A DNA stretch of 64,000 nt, from the NCBI GenBank assembly GCA_041687695.1, contig JAWLBL010000014.1, positions 64,001 through 128,000 of the forward strand. The letters run 5' to 3'. A program made the translations under genes and the position numbers. Below the pieces are notes generated by a model that was not told the origin of the DNA, ran no database searches, and saw only the letters and a list, made by a program, of their open reading frames with translations. Below, piece by piece: positions 18,943 through 33,387 of the stretch. Position 1 is the first letter of the stretch; the number at the start of each line of letters is the position of its first letter. The stretch is from Myxococcota bacterium (lineage in GTDB: Bacteria > Myxococcota_A > UBA9042 > PHBI01 > JAWLBL01).

Positions 18943-19656
18943 ATGCGCGTTCGTCACGTCCTCCTCGCCGCCGCCCTCGGCTTCACCGGCCTCACCGCCG
19001 CCACCGGCTGCGCCAAGAACCCCGCCGACGACAAGCCCAAGGCCCAGGTCGGCGAGGCCGTCGATCCCAAGGCCGCCGAGGGTGACGAGGCGGACAAGCC
19101 CGCCGAGGCCCCGACCGGCCAGGTCGACAAGGCCCCCGAGGCCGACAAGGCCGCCGCGGCGACCAAGCTGGCCGTCAGCCCCGACAACAGCGAGATCGCG
19201 TTCACCGGCTCGAAGGTCACCGGCAAGCACGACGGCGGCTTCAAGCAGTTCAGCGGCTCGGTCGAGCTGACCGGCGACGACCCGACCACGGCCAAGATCG
19301 ACCTCACCATCGAGATGGCCTCGGTGTTCACCGACAGCGAGAAGCTGACCGGCCACCTGCAGAGCGACGACTTCTTCTCGGTGCCGACGCACCCGAAGGC
19401 GACCTTCCAGTCGACGGCCGTCAAGGCCGGCGGCGAGGGCGGCGCGACGCACACGGTCACGGGCAACCTGACCCTGCGCGGCGTCACCAAGTCGATCACC
19501 TTCCCCGCGACCATCGCGGTGGCGGGCGACAAGGTGACCGCCAAGAGCGAGTTCGCCATCAACCGCAAGGACTTCGGCATCAACTACGCCGGCATGCAGG
19601 ACGACCTCATCCGCGACGAGGTGGTCCTGCGCCTCGATCTCCAGCTCCCGCGCTGA
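18943..19656 (+). CDS. YceI family lipoprotein (polyisoprenoid-binding)
   Basis: Lipobox ATGC; SEIAFTGSK...HDGGFKQFSG...HLQSDDFF...GNLTLRGVTK...INRKDFGI; AGGAG RBS. Confidence 0.92.
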   Translation: MRVRHVLLAAALGFTGLTAATGCAKNPADDKPKAQVGEAVDPKAAEGDEADKPAEAPTGQVDKAPEADKAAAATKLAVSPDNSEIAFTGSKVTGKHDGGFKQFSGSVELTGDDPTTAKIDLTIEMASVFTDSEKLTGHLQSDDFFSVPTHPKATFQSTAVKAGGEGGATHTVTGNLTLRGVTKSITFPATIAVAGDKVTAKSEFAINRKDFGINYAGMQDDLIRDEVVLRLDLQLPR

Positions 19657-19729
19657 GGCGGCGGGCCGTCCTGGCCGGCGCGTGTGACGGCGCGCGCCGG
19701 CCAGGACGGCGACGGGAGGCCAGACCGCC

Positions 19730-20764
19730 TCAGCCGCCGGCGCCCAGGTCGCCGACCAGCGCCAGCTGACGCCGCAGCGTGTCGCCCTCGCGCTGCCACC
19801 AGCCGGGCGTGCCCAGCTGCGGGAAGGTCTCCTGGAAGACGGGATCGCCCTGCCGCCGCGCGGCCCAGACGGCGTAGCGCAGCATCCGCAGCCCCCGCAG
19901 CGGCTCGACCAGCCGCAGCCAGCGCGGGTCGAAGTCGCGGAACTGCCGATAGGCCCGCACGACCAGGTCCAGGCGGCGCCGCCCCTCGGCGTCGGGCGCG
20001 GGCGCCAGCATCCAGAGGTCCTGCACCGCCGGCCCGACCCGCAGGTCGTCGAAGTCCAGCAGCCGCACGCCGTCGGGCGCCCACAAGAGGTTGCCCAGGT
20101 GGCAGTCGCCATGCAGGCGCAGGGTGGGAACGCCCTCGAACAGGGGCTCGACCCGCTTGGTCAGCGCCTGGGCCGCGGGCAGCCAGTGCGAGCGGACCTC
20201 GCGCGGCAGCCCCCGGGTGTGGCGCGCCCAGGCCAGCTCGTCGGCGACGAACTCGGCCGGGGTCAGCCGGGGCCGCGCCGGCTCGTCGCGCAGCGCGCCG
20301 ACCGCGTGCACGCGCGCCATCAGCCGGCCCACGACGCCCAGCTGCTCGTCGGTCAGCTCCTCGTGGCTGCGGCCGCCGACCCGCGGAAACACGGCGAAGG
20401 ACAGGCCCTCGTGCTGCCCCAGCGTGCCCCCGCCCACCAGCGGCAGCGGCGCCACGACCGGCAGCTCGCGCGCGGCCAGCTCGCCCAGGAAGGTGTGCTC
20501 GGCCTCGAGCGCGGCCTGCGACCAGCGCCCCGGGCGGTAGATCTTCAGGACGACCCAGCGCCCCGGCGCCTCGTCCTCGTCTTCATCGCCGCGCGCCTCG
20601 CCCTCGAGCTCGACCATGTAGACCCGGTTCTCGAGCGCCCCGAGCGGCAGAAACCGCCCCGTCGCCCGCCCTCCGGCTCGCTCGGCCAGCGCCAGCACGA
20701 GCTCCGGCCGCCCCTGCCCGACCGCGAAGAAGCGCTCGGTGCTCCCATCGTCCTTCTGCGCCAT
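19730..20764 (-). CDS. srkA: Stress response Ser/Thr kinase (SrkA/RdoA/YihE, APH fold)
   Basis: ENRVY, KIYRPGRWS, EH, LHGDCHLGN, LDFDD, GPAVQDLWML. Confidence 0.88.
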   Translation of the reverse strand: MAQKDDGSTERFFAVGQGRPELVLALAERAGGRATGRFLPLGALENRVYMVELEGEARGDEDEDEAPGRWVVLKIYRPGRWSQAALEAEHTFLGELAARELPVVAPLPLVGGGTLGQHEGLSFAVFPRVGGRSHEELTDEQLGVVGRLMARVHAVGALRDEPARPRLTPAEFVADELAWARHTRGLPREVRSHWLPAAQALTKRVEPLFEGVPTLRLHGDCHLGNLLWAPDGVRLLDFDDLRVGPAVQDLWMLAPAPDAEGRRRLDLVVRAYRQFRDFDPRWLRLVEPLRGLRMLRYAVWAARRQGDPVFQETFPQLGTPGWWQREGDTLRRQLALVGDLGAGG

Positions 20765-20828
20765 CCGCGCAGCATCCCGCGCCGCCCCACGGAGTCAACG
20801 CCCAGGCCCGACCGCCTCGAGCCCGGCC

Positions 20829-21066
20829 GCCGAGGCCGTGGCGGAGACCGGGGCCGTGGCCGTGGCCGTGGCGGAGGCCGTGAGCGTGGCCGTGGCCGTG
20901 AGCGTGGCCGTGGCCGTGGCGGAGACCGTGGCCGTGGCCGAGACCGTGGCCGTGGCGGAGACCGTGGCCGTAGCGGAGACCGTGGCCGTGGCCGAGACCG
21001 TGGCCGTGGCGGAGGCCGTGAGCGTGGCCGTGGCCGTGGCGGAGGCCGTGAGCGTGGCCGTGGCGG
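20829..21066 (-). repeat. Degenerate (GGCCAC)n tandem array #2 (reads GTGGCC on +)
   Basis: Hexamers GTGGCC, GTGGCG, GAGACC, GAGGCC and GTGAGC, just downstream of the kinase stop. Confidence 0.92.
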
Positions 21067-21082
21067 CCGCGGCCCACGCCCG

Positions 21083-22675
21083 TCAGCGGTCTCCCTTGAT
21101 CTCGAGCCCCGGTCCCTTGGGCCGTCGCTTGGGCGTCTTCGGGCGCGCCGGCTTGTCGGCCTCGGCCCCGGCCGTCGCGCTGGCCTCGCCGGCCGCCTCG
21201 CCCTCGGGCTCGGGCGGGGGCGCCGGCGTCAGCCGCAGGCGCACGACCACCTCGCTGCCCTCGGTGTCGCGCTGCACGACCGTCTCGGTCAGGAACCCTT
21301 CCTTGCGCAGCGTGAACCGCGCGCCATCGGCCAGCGCGGAGCGCTCCACCGGGTGCTTGAGCGGCGTCGGGCCCAGCTTGCGCTCGCCCTCGTAGACGTC
21401 GGCCCCTTCGGGGGTGGTGTGGAAGACGACCACCAGCGGCCGGGCCTCGGCCTCGGGCGCGGGCGGGTCCGGTTGGGCCGCGATCGCGGCCGTGGGCGGC
21501 TCGGGCGCAGCGGTTGGCGCCTCGGCGACCGTCGGCGGCGCCACCTCGGCCGGCGTCGACGGGGTGGCCTCGGCCGCGGGCCGCGTGCTGGCCCAATAGG
21601 CCGCCCCGCCGCCCAGCGCCAGCAGCCCCGCGGCGACCAGCGCCCAGGGCGTCCTCCGCGCCGCGGCCGGCGGCGTCACGCGCGACGCGCCCGCGATGCC
21701 CGTCGTCGCCTCGTCCGGCTCGCGGGCCTGCGGCGGCGTCCAGGGCGCCGCCGTCCGGTCGGTCTTCGCGTTGGCCAGCGCCTCGAGCAGCGCCTCCATG
21801 GAGGGGAAGCGGTCGGCAGGGCTCTTGTGCAGGCACCGCATCACCAGCGCCTCGAGCGAGCCCGGCAGCTCGAGCCCGGGCCGCACGAAGCGGAAGGCCG
21901 GCGGCCGCTTGGTCATGTGCCCCAGGATGATGTCGCTGTGATCCTGGCTGCCCTCGGCCCGCACGAAGGGCGGCCGGCCGGTCAGCATCTCGTACATCAC
22001 GACGCCCAGGGCGTAGACGTCGCTGCGCAGATCGACCGGGGCCCCGACGAACTGCTCGGGCGGCATGTACAGGGGGGTGCCCACGATGGCGCCCTCCTGG
22101 GTCACGTCCTCGCCCATGCGGTCGTCGAGGGTCTTGACCAGCCCGAAGTCGACGACCTTGACGTAGTCGGGGTCGCCGCCGCGCGGCACGAGCAACACGT
22201 TGCCCGGCTTGAGATCCCGGTGGACCACCCCGGCGGCGTGCGCCTCGGCGAGCGAGCCGGCGATCTGGCGAGCGATGTGCAGGACCCGGTCCACCTCGAG
22301 CGGCGCCTCGGCCCGGATGAGGTCGGCCAGCGTGCGCCCGTCGAGGAACTCCATCACGAGGAAGAAGCCGGCGCCGTCCGGCAGCGCGCCGTAGTCGTGG
22401 ATGGTCACGGTGTTCGGGTGCGCCAGCTTGCTGCTGACGCTGGCCTCACGGAAGAAGCGCTTCTCGTGCCGGGCGAGCGTGTCGGCGTCGCGCTCGCGAG
22501 GGGCCAGCACCTTGATGGCGACCGAGCGTCCGAGCGGCTCCTGGGTGCCGCGGTAGACCTGCCCGATGCCGCCGCGCGCGATGGCCGACTCGACCCGGTA
22601 CTTGCCGTCGAGCAGCCGCCCGACGAGCGGGTCGCGCCCGCCGGCCTCATCGTCCTGGGGGATGTCCTCGGCCAT
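21083..22675 (-). CDS. Hanks-type Ser/Thr protein kinase with TM helix and PEGA-like extracytoplasmic domain
   Basis: IARGGIGQVY, VAIKVL, HRDLKPGN, DFG, GTPLYMPPE; TM; TTPEGADVYEGERKLGPTP. Confidence 0.93.
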   Translation of the reverse strand: MAEDIPQDDEAGGRDPLVGRLLDGKYRVESAIARGGIGQVYRGTQEPLGRSVAIKVLAPRERDADTLARHEKRFFREASVSSKLAHPNTVTIHDYGALPDGAGFFLVMEFLDGRTLADLIRAEAPLEVDRVLHIARQIAGSLAEAHAAGVVHRDLKPGNVLLVPRGGDPDYVKVVDFGLVKTLDDRMGEDVTQEGAIVGTPLYMPPEQFVGAPVDLRSDVYALGVVMYEMLTGRPPFVRAEGSQDHSDIILGHMTKRPPAFRFVRPGLELPGSLEALVMRCLHKSPADRFPSMEALLEALANAKTDRTAAPWTPPQAREPDEATTGIAGASRVTPPAAARRTPWALVAAGLLALGGGAAYWASTRPAAEATPSTPAEVAPPTVAEAPTAAPEPPTAAIAAQPDPPAPEAEARPLVVVFHTTPEGADVYEGERKLGPTPLKHPVERSALADGARFTLRKEGFLTETVVQRDTEGSEVVVRLRLTPAPPPEPEGEAAGEASATAGAEADKPARPKTPKRRPKGPGLEIKGDR

Positions 22676-22856
22676 CTGCCCGCCCGCTGCGACGCCCTGG
22701 TGGGTGCGCGGTGGCCCGCGCCGGGCGAAGCCTACGACGCCGAAGCGCCGCGAGTCCAATACCGGCGCGCCGCGCGCCGCTTCGGCGCGATCATCGAAGG
22801 CACGCCCATTGGTGCGAAGGTCGCGATTTGCTAGCTTGGCGTCACCGGAGGGAGAC

Positions 22857-28493
<5,637 letters not shown>

Positions 28494-28573
28494 CGTCGAC
28501 TTGGCGGCGGCGGGGTCGCGTGGTAAGGCACGCGACCCCGAACCGCATTCGTTCACGCATCCCGAGGTCGCCC

Positions 28574-30148
28574 GTGCGTCGCGCGCTCCTGCTCCTGCTG
28601 TCCCTGTTCGTCGCCCTGCCCGCCTGTGACGCCGCCGACGAAGGCGCCGCCACCGAGGGCACGCCCGCCCAGGCCGTGCTGCCCGGCAAGGCCGACGACT
28701 ACCTGTCACCGACCTCGCGCGAGTACCTCCTGTGGGGCCTGGGCGAGCTGACCCTCGACGAGACCTGGGCCGACGCCGACCTCGGGGCCAAGGAGCAGCG
28801 CGTCCAGGAGCTGCTCGGCTACCAGCTCAAGGCCTACTCGCACTTCCTCAACGCCTTCGTGACCGACAAGACCAGCAGCGAAGCCACCCACGGCTACGGC
28901 GGGTTCTCGGGCCTGGTCCGCGGCACGACCGCCGACTGGGTCTACGAGCCCATCGACGAGGCCGGGCTGCTGTGGACGTTCATCTGGGAGATCGAGATGG
29001 GCGGGCCGCGCGATCTGCTCGATCGGCTGCCCATGCAGGTGCGCGGGGACGGCAGCCAGTATTTCGTCCTGCCGCTGCCCAAGCTCACCGAGTCGCAGCT
29101 GGTCGCCGGCAGCTACCCGCGCGACTTCGATCCGGCCAAGTACACGGGCGCGATGGACGACCTCGAGGTGCTCATCGACCCCGTGGGCGAGTCCATCGAC
29201 GCGTGGCCGGCCTACGACCGCCTGTTCGAGGACGGCACGCTCGACGTGATGATCGTCGTCGGCGGCGACTACAACGCCGAGCGCTACGACCTGCGCTCGG
29301 CCGAGAGCCACTTCGAGTGGCTCAAGAGCGCCGGGTTCAAGCACTCCGCGAAGGTGTGGACCGACCTGACCCTCGAGTCGGGGCCGTTCACCAGGACCTT
29401 GAAGGCGGGCGGCCGCTCGGTGGACGTCGCGATCACGCTGGTGCACCCGGACATCGTGCCCGACGCGCAGCTCGACCAGCTCCGCGCCGCCATCGTGGCC
29501 GCCTACCAGCAGATGGACGTGGTCATCTACGACGGCCACGCCGGCCTCGACCCCGACTACTCCGGCGTCGTCTACCACTACAACCCGCGCCGGGCGCTGT
29601 CGGCCAACGAGCTGGCCGAGCTCGAGCTGCCCGACAAGTACCAGGTCTACGTCTTCAACGGCTGCAAGACCTACAGCGCCTACCCCGAGGCGGTCTACCA
29701 GAACGCCACCAAGTCGACCGCCAACCTCGACGTCATCTCGACGGTCAGCTTCTCGTGGCTCAGCCAGCAGACCTTCACGACGTCGGGCCTGCTCTCTGAG
29801 CTGCTGGCGACTCGCTCGGGGACCCACGACCCGCGCACCTGGCTCGAGATCCTCAGCCAGATCAACCGCGCCAACAACTGGAACGTCTACTACGGCGTCC
29901 ACGGGCTCGACGACAACGCGCACCTCAACCCCTACACCGACACCGCCAGCCTGTGTCAGGCCTGCGCGCGCGACGCCGACTGCCCGGGCGAGGGCAACCG
30001 CTGCGTCGGTTTCTCGTGGGGCCGCGTGTGCGGGGCCGAGTGCACCGCCGACGACGGCTGCCCCGACGGCTACGTCTGCGCCGAGATCGCCGAGGGCCAC
30101 CAGATCACCGGCCGCCAGTGCCTGCCGGCCACCTACACCTGCGACTAG
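28574..30148 (+). CDS. GKAD-motif lipoprotein with a putative caspase/gingipain-like (clan CD) His-Cys domain and Cys-rich tail
   Basis: Lipobox LPAC; PGKADD; VIYDGHAG...YVFNGCKTY; C-terminal CQACARDADC...CTADDGCPDGYVC. Confidence 0.7.
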   Translation: MRRALLLLLSLFVALPACDAADEGAATEGTPAQAVLPGKADDYLSPTSREYLLWGLGELTLDETWADADLGAKEQRVQELLGYQLKAYSHFLNAFVTDKTSSEATHGYGGFSGLVRGTTADWVYEPIDEAGLLWTFIWEIEMGGPRDLLDRLPMQVRGDGSQYFVLPLPKLTESQLVAGSYPRDFDPAKYTGAMDDLEVLIDPVGESIDAWPAYDRLFEDGTLDVMIVVGGDYNAERYDLRSAESHFEWLKSAGFKHSAKVWTDLTLESGPFTRTLKAGGRSVDVAITLVHPDIVPDAQLDQLRAAIVAAYQQMDVVIYDGHAGLDPDYSGVVYHYNPRRALSANELAELELPDKYQVYVFNGCKTYSAYPEAVYQNATKSTANLDVISTVSFSWLSQQTFTTSGLLSELLATRSGTHDPRTWLEILSQINRANNWNVYYGVHGLDDNAHLNPYTDTASLCQACARDADCPGEGNRCVGFSWGRVCGAECTADDGCPDGYVCAEIAEGHQITGRQCLPATYTCD

Positions 30149-30152
30149 CCTT

Positions 30153-30482
30153 TCATGTGAGGTGAAGTTGGACGTAGCGCCGCAGGAGGTCGCGGTCTTC
30201 GGGCGTCATGCGCACAAAGCGCACGCCGATGTCCCGCGGCGGCCCGGCGTCGGCCCAGACCACCTCGCCGTCTACGTCGACGCTGGCGCTGCCCAGCTCG
30301 GGGAAGGTCAGGGTCAGGTACACGGGCGCGCCTACGTCCAGCATCTCGTGCACGCGCAGGCACACGCCGCCCAGGCTCAGGTTGTGGACCTCGTGATCCA
30401 GCACGACCTCGCGCGGCGAGCCGAAGTCGACCCGGGCGCGGCAGGTCACGCGCGGGTGACGGCGTTTTTCGACTTCGCTCAT
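30153..30482 (-). CDS. Stand-alone PilZ domain protein (c-di-GMP receptor)
   Basis: EKRRHPR (RxxxR), NLSLGG (D/NxSxxG), GEVVW, GVRF. Confidence 0.9.
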   Translation of the reverse strand: MSEVEKRRHPRVTCRARVDFGSPREVVLDHEVHNLSLGGVCLRVHEMLDVGAPVYLTLTFPELGSASVDVDGEVVWADAGPPRDIGVRFVRMTPEDRDLLRRYVQLHLT

Positions 30483-30539
30483 GCGGACGGCCTCGTCGCT
30501 TCCGGCGGCTCCCAGGACGATACGTGGAGCCCGCTCGGG

Positions 30540-31064
30540 TTGGCAAACGCAACCGAGGATCCCCACGCCACCACCAAGGCGGACGCGGCCGAGCCCCGCC
30601 TGCTGGCGATCGACCTGGGGCTGCGCACCGGCCTGGCCCTGTTCGGGCGCGACGGCCGCCTGCGCTGGACCCGCTCGCACAACCTGGGCAACCGCGCCCG
30701 CCTCAAGCGCGCGGCCCACAACATCCTGGCCGACGCCGGGTGGCCGCAGGTCGTGGTGGCCGAGGGCGACCGCGCCATCGGAGAGGCCTGGCTCGGCGAG
30801 GCCGCCCGCCGCGGGGCCCAGACGCGCCTCATCGGGGCCGAGGTCTGGCGCCAGCGCCTGCTGCTCCCCCGCGAGCGCGGCTCGGGCGCCGAGGCCAAGG
30901 CCGCCGCCATCCGTCACGCCCGCGACGTCATCGCCTGGTCGGGGGCGCCGCGCCCGCCCCGCCTCGGCCACGACGCCGCCGAGGCCATCCTGCTGGGCGT
31001 GTGGGCCGCCCTCGAGCTCGGCTGGCTGCCCACCTGGCCCCTCCCCGCGCCGCGCACCCCATGA
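30540..31064 (+). CDS. RNase H-fold (RuvC-like) hypothetical protein
   Basis: LLAIDLGLRTGLA, VVAEG, HDAAEAILLG; TTG start uncertain. Confidence 0.65.
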   Translation: MANATEDPHATTKADAAEPRLLAIDLGLRTGLALFGRDGRLRWTRSHNLGNRARLKRAAHNILADAGWPQVVVAEGDRAIGEAWLGEAARRGAQTRLIGAEVWRQRLLLPRERGSGAEAKAAAIRHARDVIAWSGAPRPPRLGHDAAEAILLGVWAALELGWLPTWPLPAPRTP

Positions 31065-31762
31065 CCCACCCTCAGCTCCCGAACGCGCCCCGGCGCGTCG
31101 TCCAGACCGCCGCCTACTGGTCCGTCCTGGCCGTCTGCGCCTTCCTCTTCGCCTACATGGCCCAAGGCGTCGCGGCCGACGAGCTCCGCGCCTTCGACGC
31201 CCGCTGGCTCCATCGCCTGGGCGCGCTGCACGGCTCGCACCTGGACGGCTTCTTCCTGGTCTTCACCCAGCTCGGCTCCGGCCTGTTCATCCTCGCCTTC
31301 ACCGTCGCCGCCGTCCTCGTCGCCTGGCCGCGCCGCCGCAGCGAGGCCCTGTTCATCGCCTTCGCCACCCTCGGCGCGGGCCTGCTCAACCACATCACCA
31401 AGCTGGCCTTCGCTCGGCCACGCCCCGCCGAACCGTTCACGCCCATCACCCAATCGGGCGGCTACGCCTTCCCCAGCGGCCACAGCATGGTCACCGCCGC
31501 CTTCCTGGTCGCGCTGGCGCTGACCCTCCACCACTTCCGACCGCGCTACCGGTGGGGCGTCTGGCCCGCGGCCCTCGCCGTCGTCGCCCTCATGGGCCTG
31601 TCGCGCGCCTACCTGCAGGTCCACTACCCCAGCGACGTCCTGGCGGGCTGGGCCTTCGGCGTCGCCTGGACCCTGGGCCTCAACGTCATCTTCGTCCGCT
31701 ACCGCCGCGAGGCCGGCGTCGCACCCCGAGACGGCGTCTCGGGACGGGACACCCATCCGTAG
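31061..31762 (+). CDS. PAP2 family membrane phosphatase
   Basis: KLAFARPRP, FPSGHS, SRAYLQVHYPSDVLAG; ATGA overlap. Confidence 0.93.
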   Translation: MTHPQLPNAPRRVVQTAAYWSVLAVCAFLFAYMAQGVAADELRAFDARWLHRLGALHGSHLDGFFLVFTQLGSGLFILAFTVAAVLVAWPRRRSEALFIAFATLGAGLLNHITKLAFARPRPAEPFTPITQSGGYAFPSGHSMVTAAFLVALALTLHHFRPRYRWGVWPAALAVVALMGLSRAYLQVHYPSDVLAGWAFGVAWTLGLNVIFVRYRREAGVAPRDGVSGRDTHP

Positions 31763-31825
31763 CAATGTGTGACCCCCTCACGGCGCGCTAGCGCCACGAG
31801 GCCGCCGCCGCTGGCCCGCCGCAAG

Positions 31826-31842
31826 TTGGCACGAGGTCTGCA
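31826..31842 (+). promoter_or_regulatory. Putative sigma54 (-24/-12) promoter
   Basis: TTGGCACGAGGTCTGCA (TGGCACG-N4-CTGCA; GG-N10-GC), ~30 bp upstream of the CAP gene. Confidence 0.6.
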
Positions 31843-31871
31843 CACCCCTCCGGCGTGACCCGGAGGGCCGG

Positions 31872-33380
31872 ATGACCTCGCCTGCACATGCGCCCCCACG
31901 CACAGCTCCCCCACTCCCAAGCTGTCGTGCGGCGACCATCCGGCCCTCCCCTTTTGCCGTCACCCTGTCCCTCGCCGCGGCGCTCGCCGGCTGCGACCTG
32001 TCGCTCGACGCCTTCGCTGAGGCCCGCCTCCCCGAGGCCGGCCACGTCAGCCAGGCCGGCGAGTCGGCCCCGCCCCTGGCGCCCGTGGACGTCGTGGCCC
32101 TGCTCGACCAGCGCCGCGCCGAGCTCGGCCTGCCGCCGCTCGGTCGCTCGCCCGAGCTCGCCGCCGCCGCGACGGCGCACGCCGGCTTCCTGGCGGCCCA
32201 CGCCCCCGTCTATGACGCCACCGGCCTGTCGTGGCACCTGCAGCGCGAGGACCTGCCGGGCTACACCGGCGAGACCCCGGCCGACCGCGCCGCCCACTTC
32301 GGCCACGCCGGCCCGGCCCCCGAGGAGGTGGTCGCCGCGCGCCCCCACGCGGCCGCCGCGCTGCGCGACTGGCTCGACTCGCTCTACCACCGCCTTCCCC
32401 TGCTCGCGCCCCACGCGACCGCGGGCGCCGGCGACCACGCTGGCTTCCACGTGCTCGAGACCGCCTCCGCCGCCCCCGCCGGCACCGCGCCGCACGTCGT
32501 CTATCCGCCCGCCGGCGCCGACGACGTCGCCCCGGCCTGGGACGGCAACGAGCTGCCGCGCCCGCCCGCGCCGCCCGCCGGCTTCCCCAGCGGCCCCGTC
32601 ATCACGCTCCAGACCCCGGCGACCGCGCTGACCCTCCTCGAGGCCACGCTCACGCCGGCCGGCGCCGCGGCCGCCCTGCCCGCCCAGGCCCTGACCGCCG
32701 CCAACGACCCCCACCTGCCCCCGGGCGTCGCCGCCCTCGTCCCCCACGCCCCGCTCGCCCCCGATCACACCTACGACGTGCGCCTGCGCGGGCTCGCCGA
32801 CGGCGTCCCCTTCGATCACCGCTGGTCCTTCACCACCGCCCCCGAGCGCTGCGACCCCGCGAGCGACCGCTGCGGGCTGGGCCGCGCCTGCTACCCGGGC
32901 CCGGGCGGCCCCGAGTGCCGTCCCACGGGCGCCGCGGCCCAGGGCGAGGCCTGCGGCGTCCCCAACGACTGCGCGGCCGGGCTGACCTGCCTGGGCGCCC
33001 GTTGCACCCCGGTCTGCACCCCAGACACCTCGGCCGCGGCCCACGGCGCCTGCGATCGTTGCGTCCACGGCTGGCTCGACGTCGGCGGCCTCGGCGCCTG
33101 CCTGCCTCCGCCGTGCCTGGACGGGCCGGCGGCCTGCGGGGCCGACGAGGCCTGCACCTGGATGGGCGGCTTCGTGTGCGCCCGGCGCGGCGTCGTGCCC
33201 CAGGGAGCCCCCTGCGAGGCCGCCGACGCGTGCGCGCCCGGGCTCGCCTGTCTCAGCCTGGGGGGCGGCTACCGCTGCCGCGCGCTGTGCGGGGCGGGCG
33301 GGCTGCCGCCGTGCCAGGGCGCCTGCGAGGCCGGATCCGCCCCGTTGGGCGACCCCTCGGGGGCGGCCGTCTGCCTGTGA
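31872..33380 (+). CDS. CAP (SCP/Tpx) domain lipoprotein with Ig-like and Cys-rich C-terminal modules
   Basis: Lipobox LAGC; RRAELGLPPL...AAATAHA...GETPADRA...WLDSLYHR; Cys-rich tail. Confidence 0.8.
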   Translation: MTSPAHAPPRTAPPLPSCRAATIRPSPFAVTLSLAAALAGCDLSLDAFAEARLPEAGHVSQAGESAPPLAPVDVVALLDQRRAELGLPPLGRSPELAAAATAHAGFLAAHAPVYDATGLSWHLQREDLPGYTGETPADRAAHFGHAGPAPEEVVAARPHAAAALRDWLDSLYHRLPLLAPHATAGAGDHAGFHVLETASAAPAGTAPHVVYPPAGADDVAPAWDGNELPRPPAPPAGFPSGPVITLQTPATALTLLEATLTPAGAAAALPAQALTAANDPHLPPGVAALVPHAPLAPDHTYDVRLRGLADGVPFDHRWSFTTAPERCDPASDRCGLGRACYPGPGGPECRPTGAAAQGEACGVPNDCAAGLTCLGARCTPVCTPDTSAAAHGACDRCVHGWLDVGGLGACLPPPCLDGPAACGADEACTWMGGFVCARRGVVPQGAPCEAADACAPGLACLSLGGGYRCRALCGAGGLPPCQGACEAGSAPLGDPSGAAVCL

Positions 33381-33387
33381 GGCGGCC

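Noticed and set aside
20739..21395. VAVAET-repeat protein (and equivalent His-Gly or Ala-Thr readings of the other hexamer arrays)
   Set aside because: Translation of a non-coding hexamer array; overlaps genuine genes; array #1 has 7-mer units that break frame
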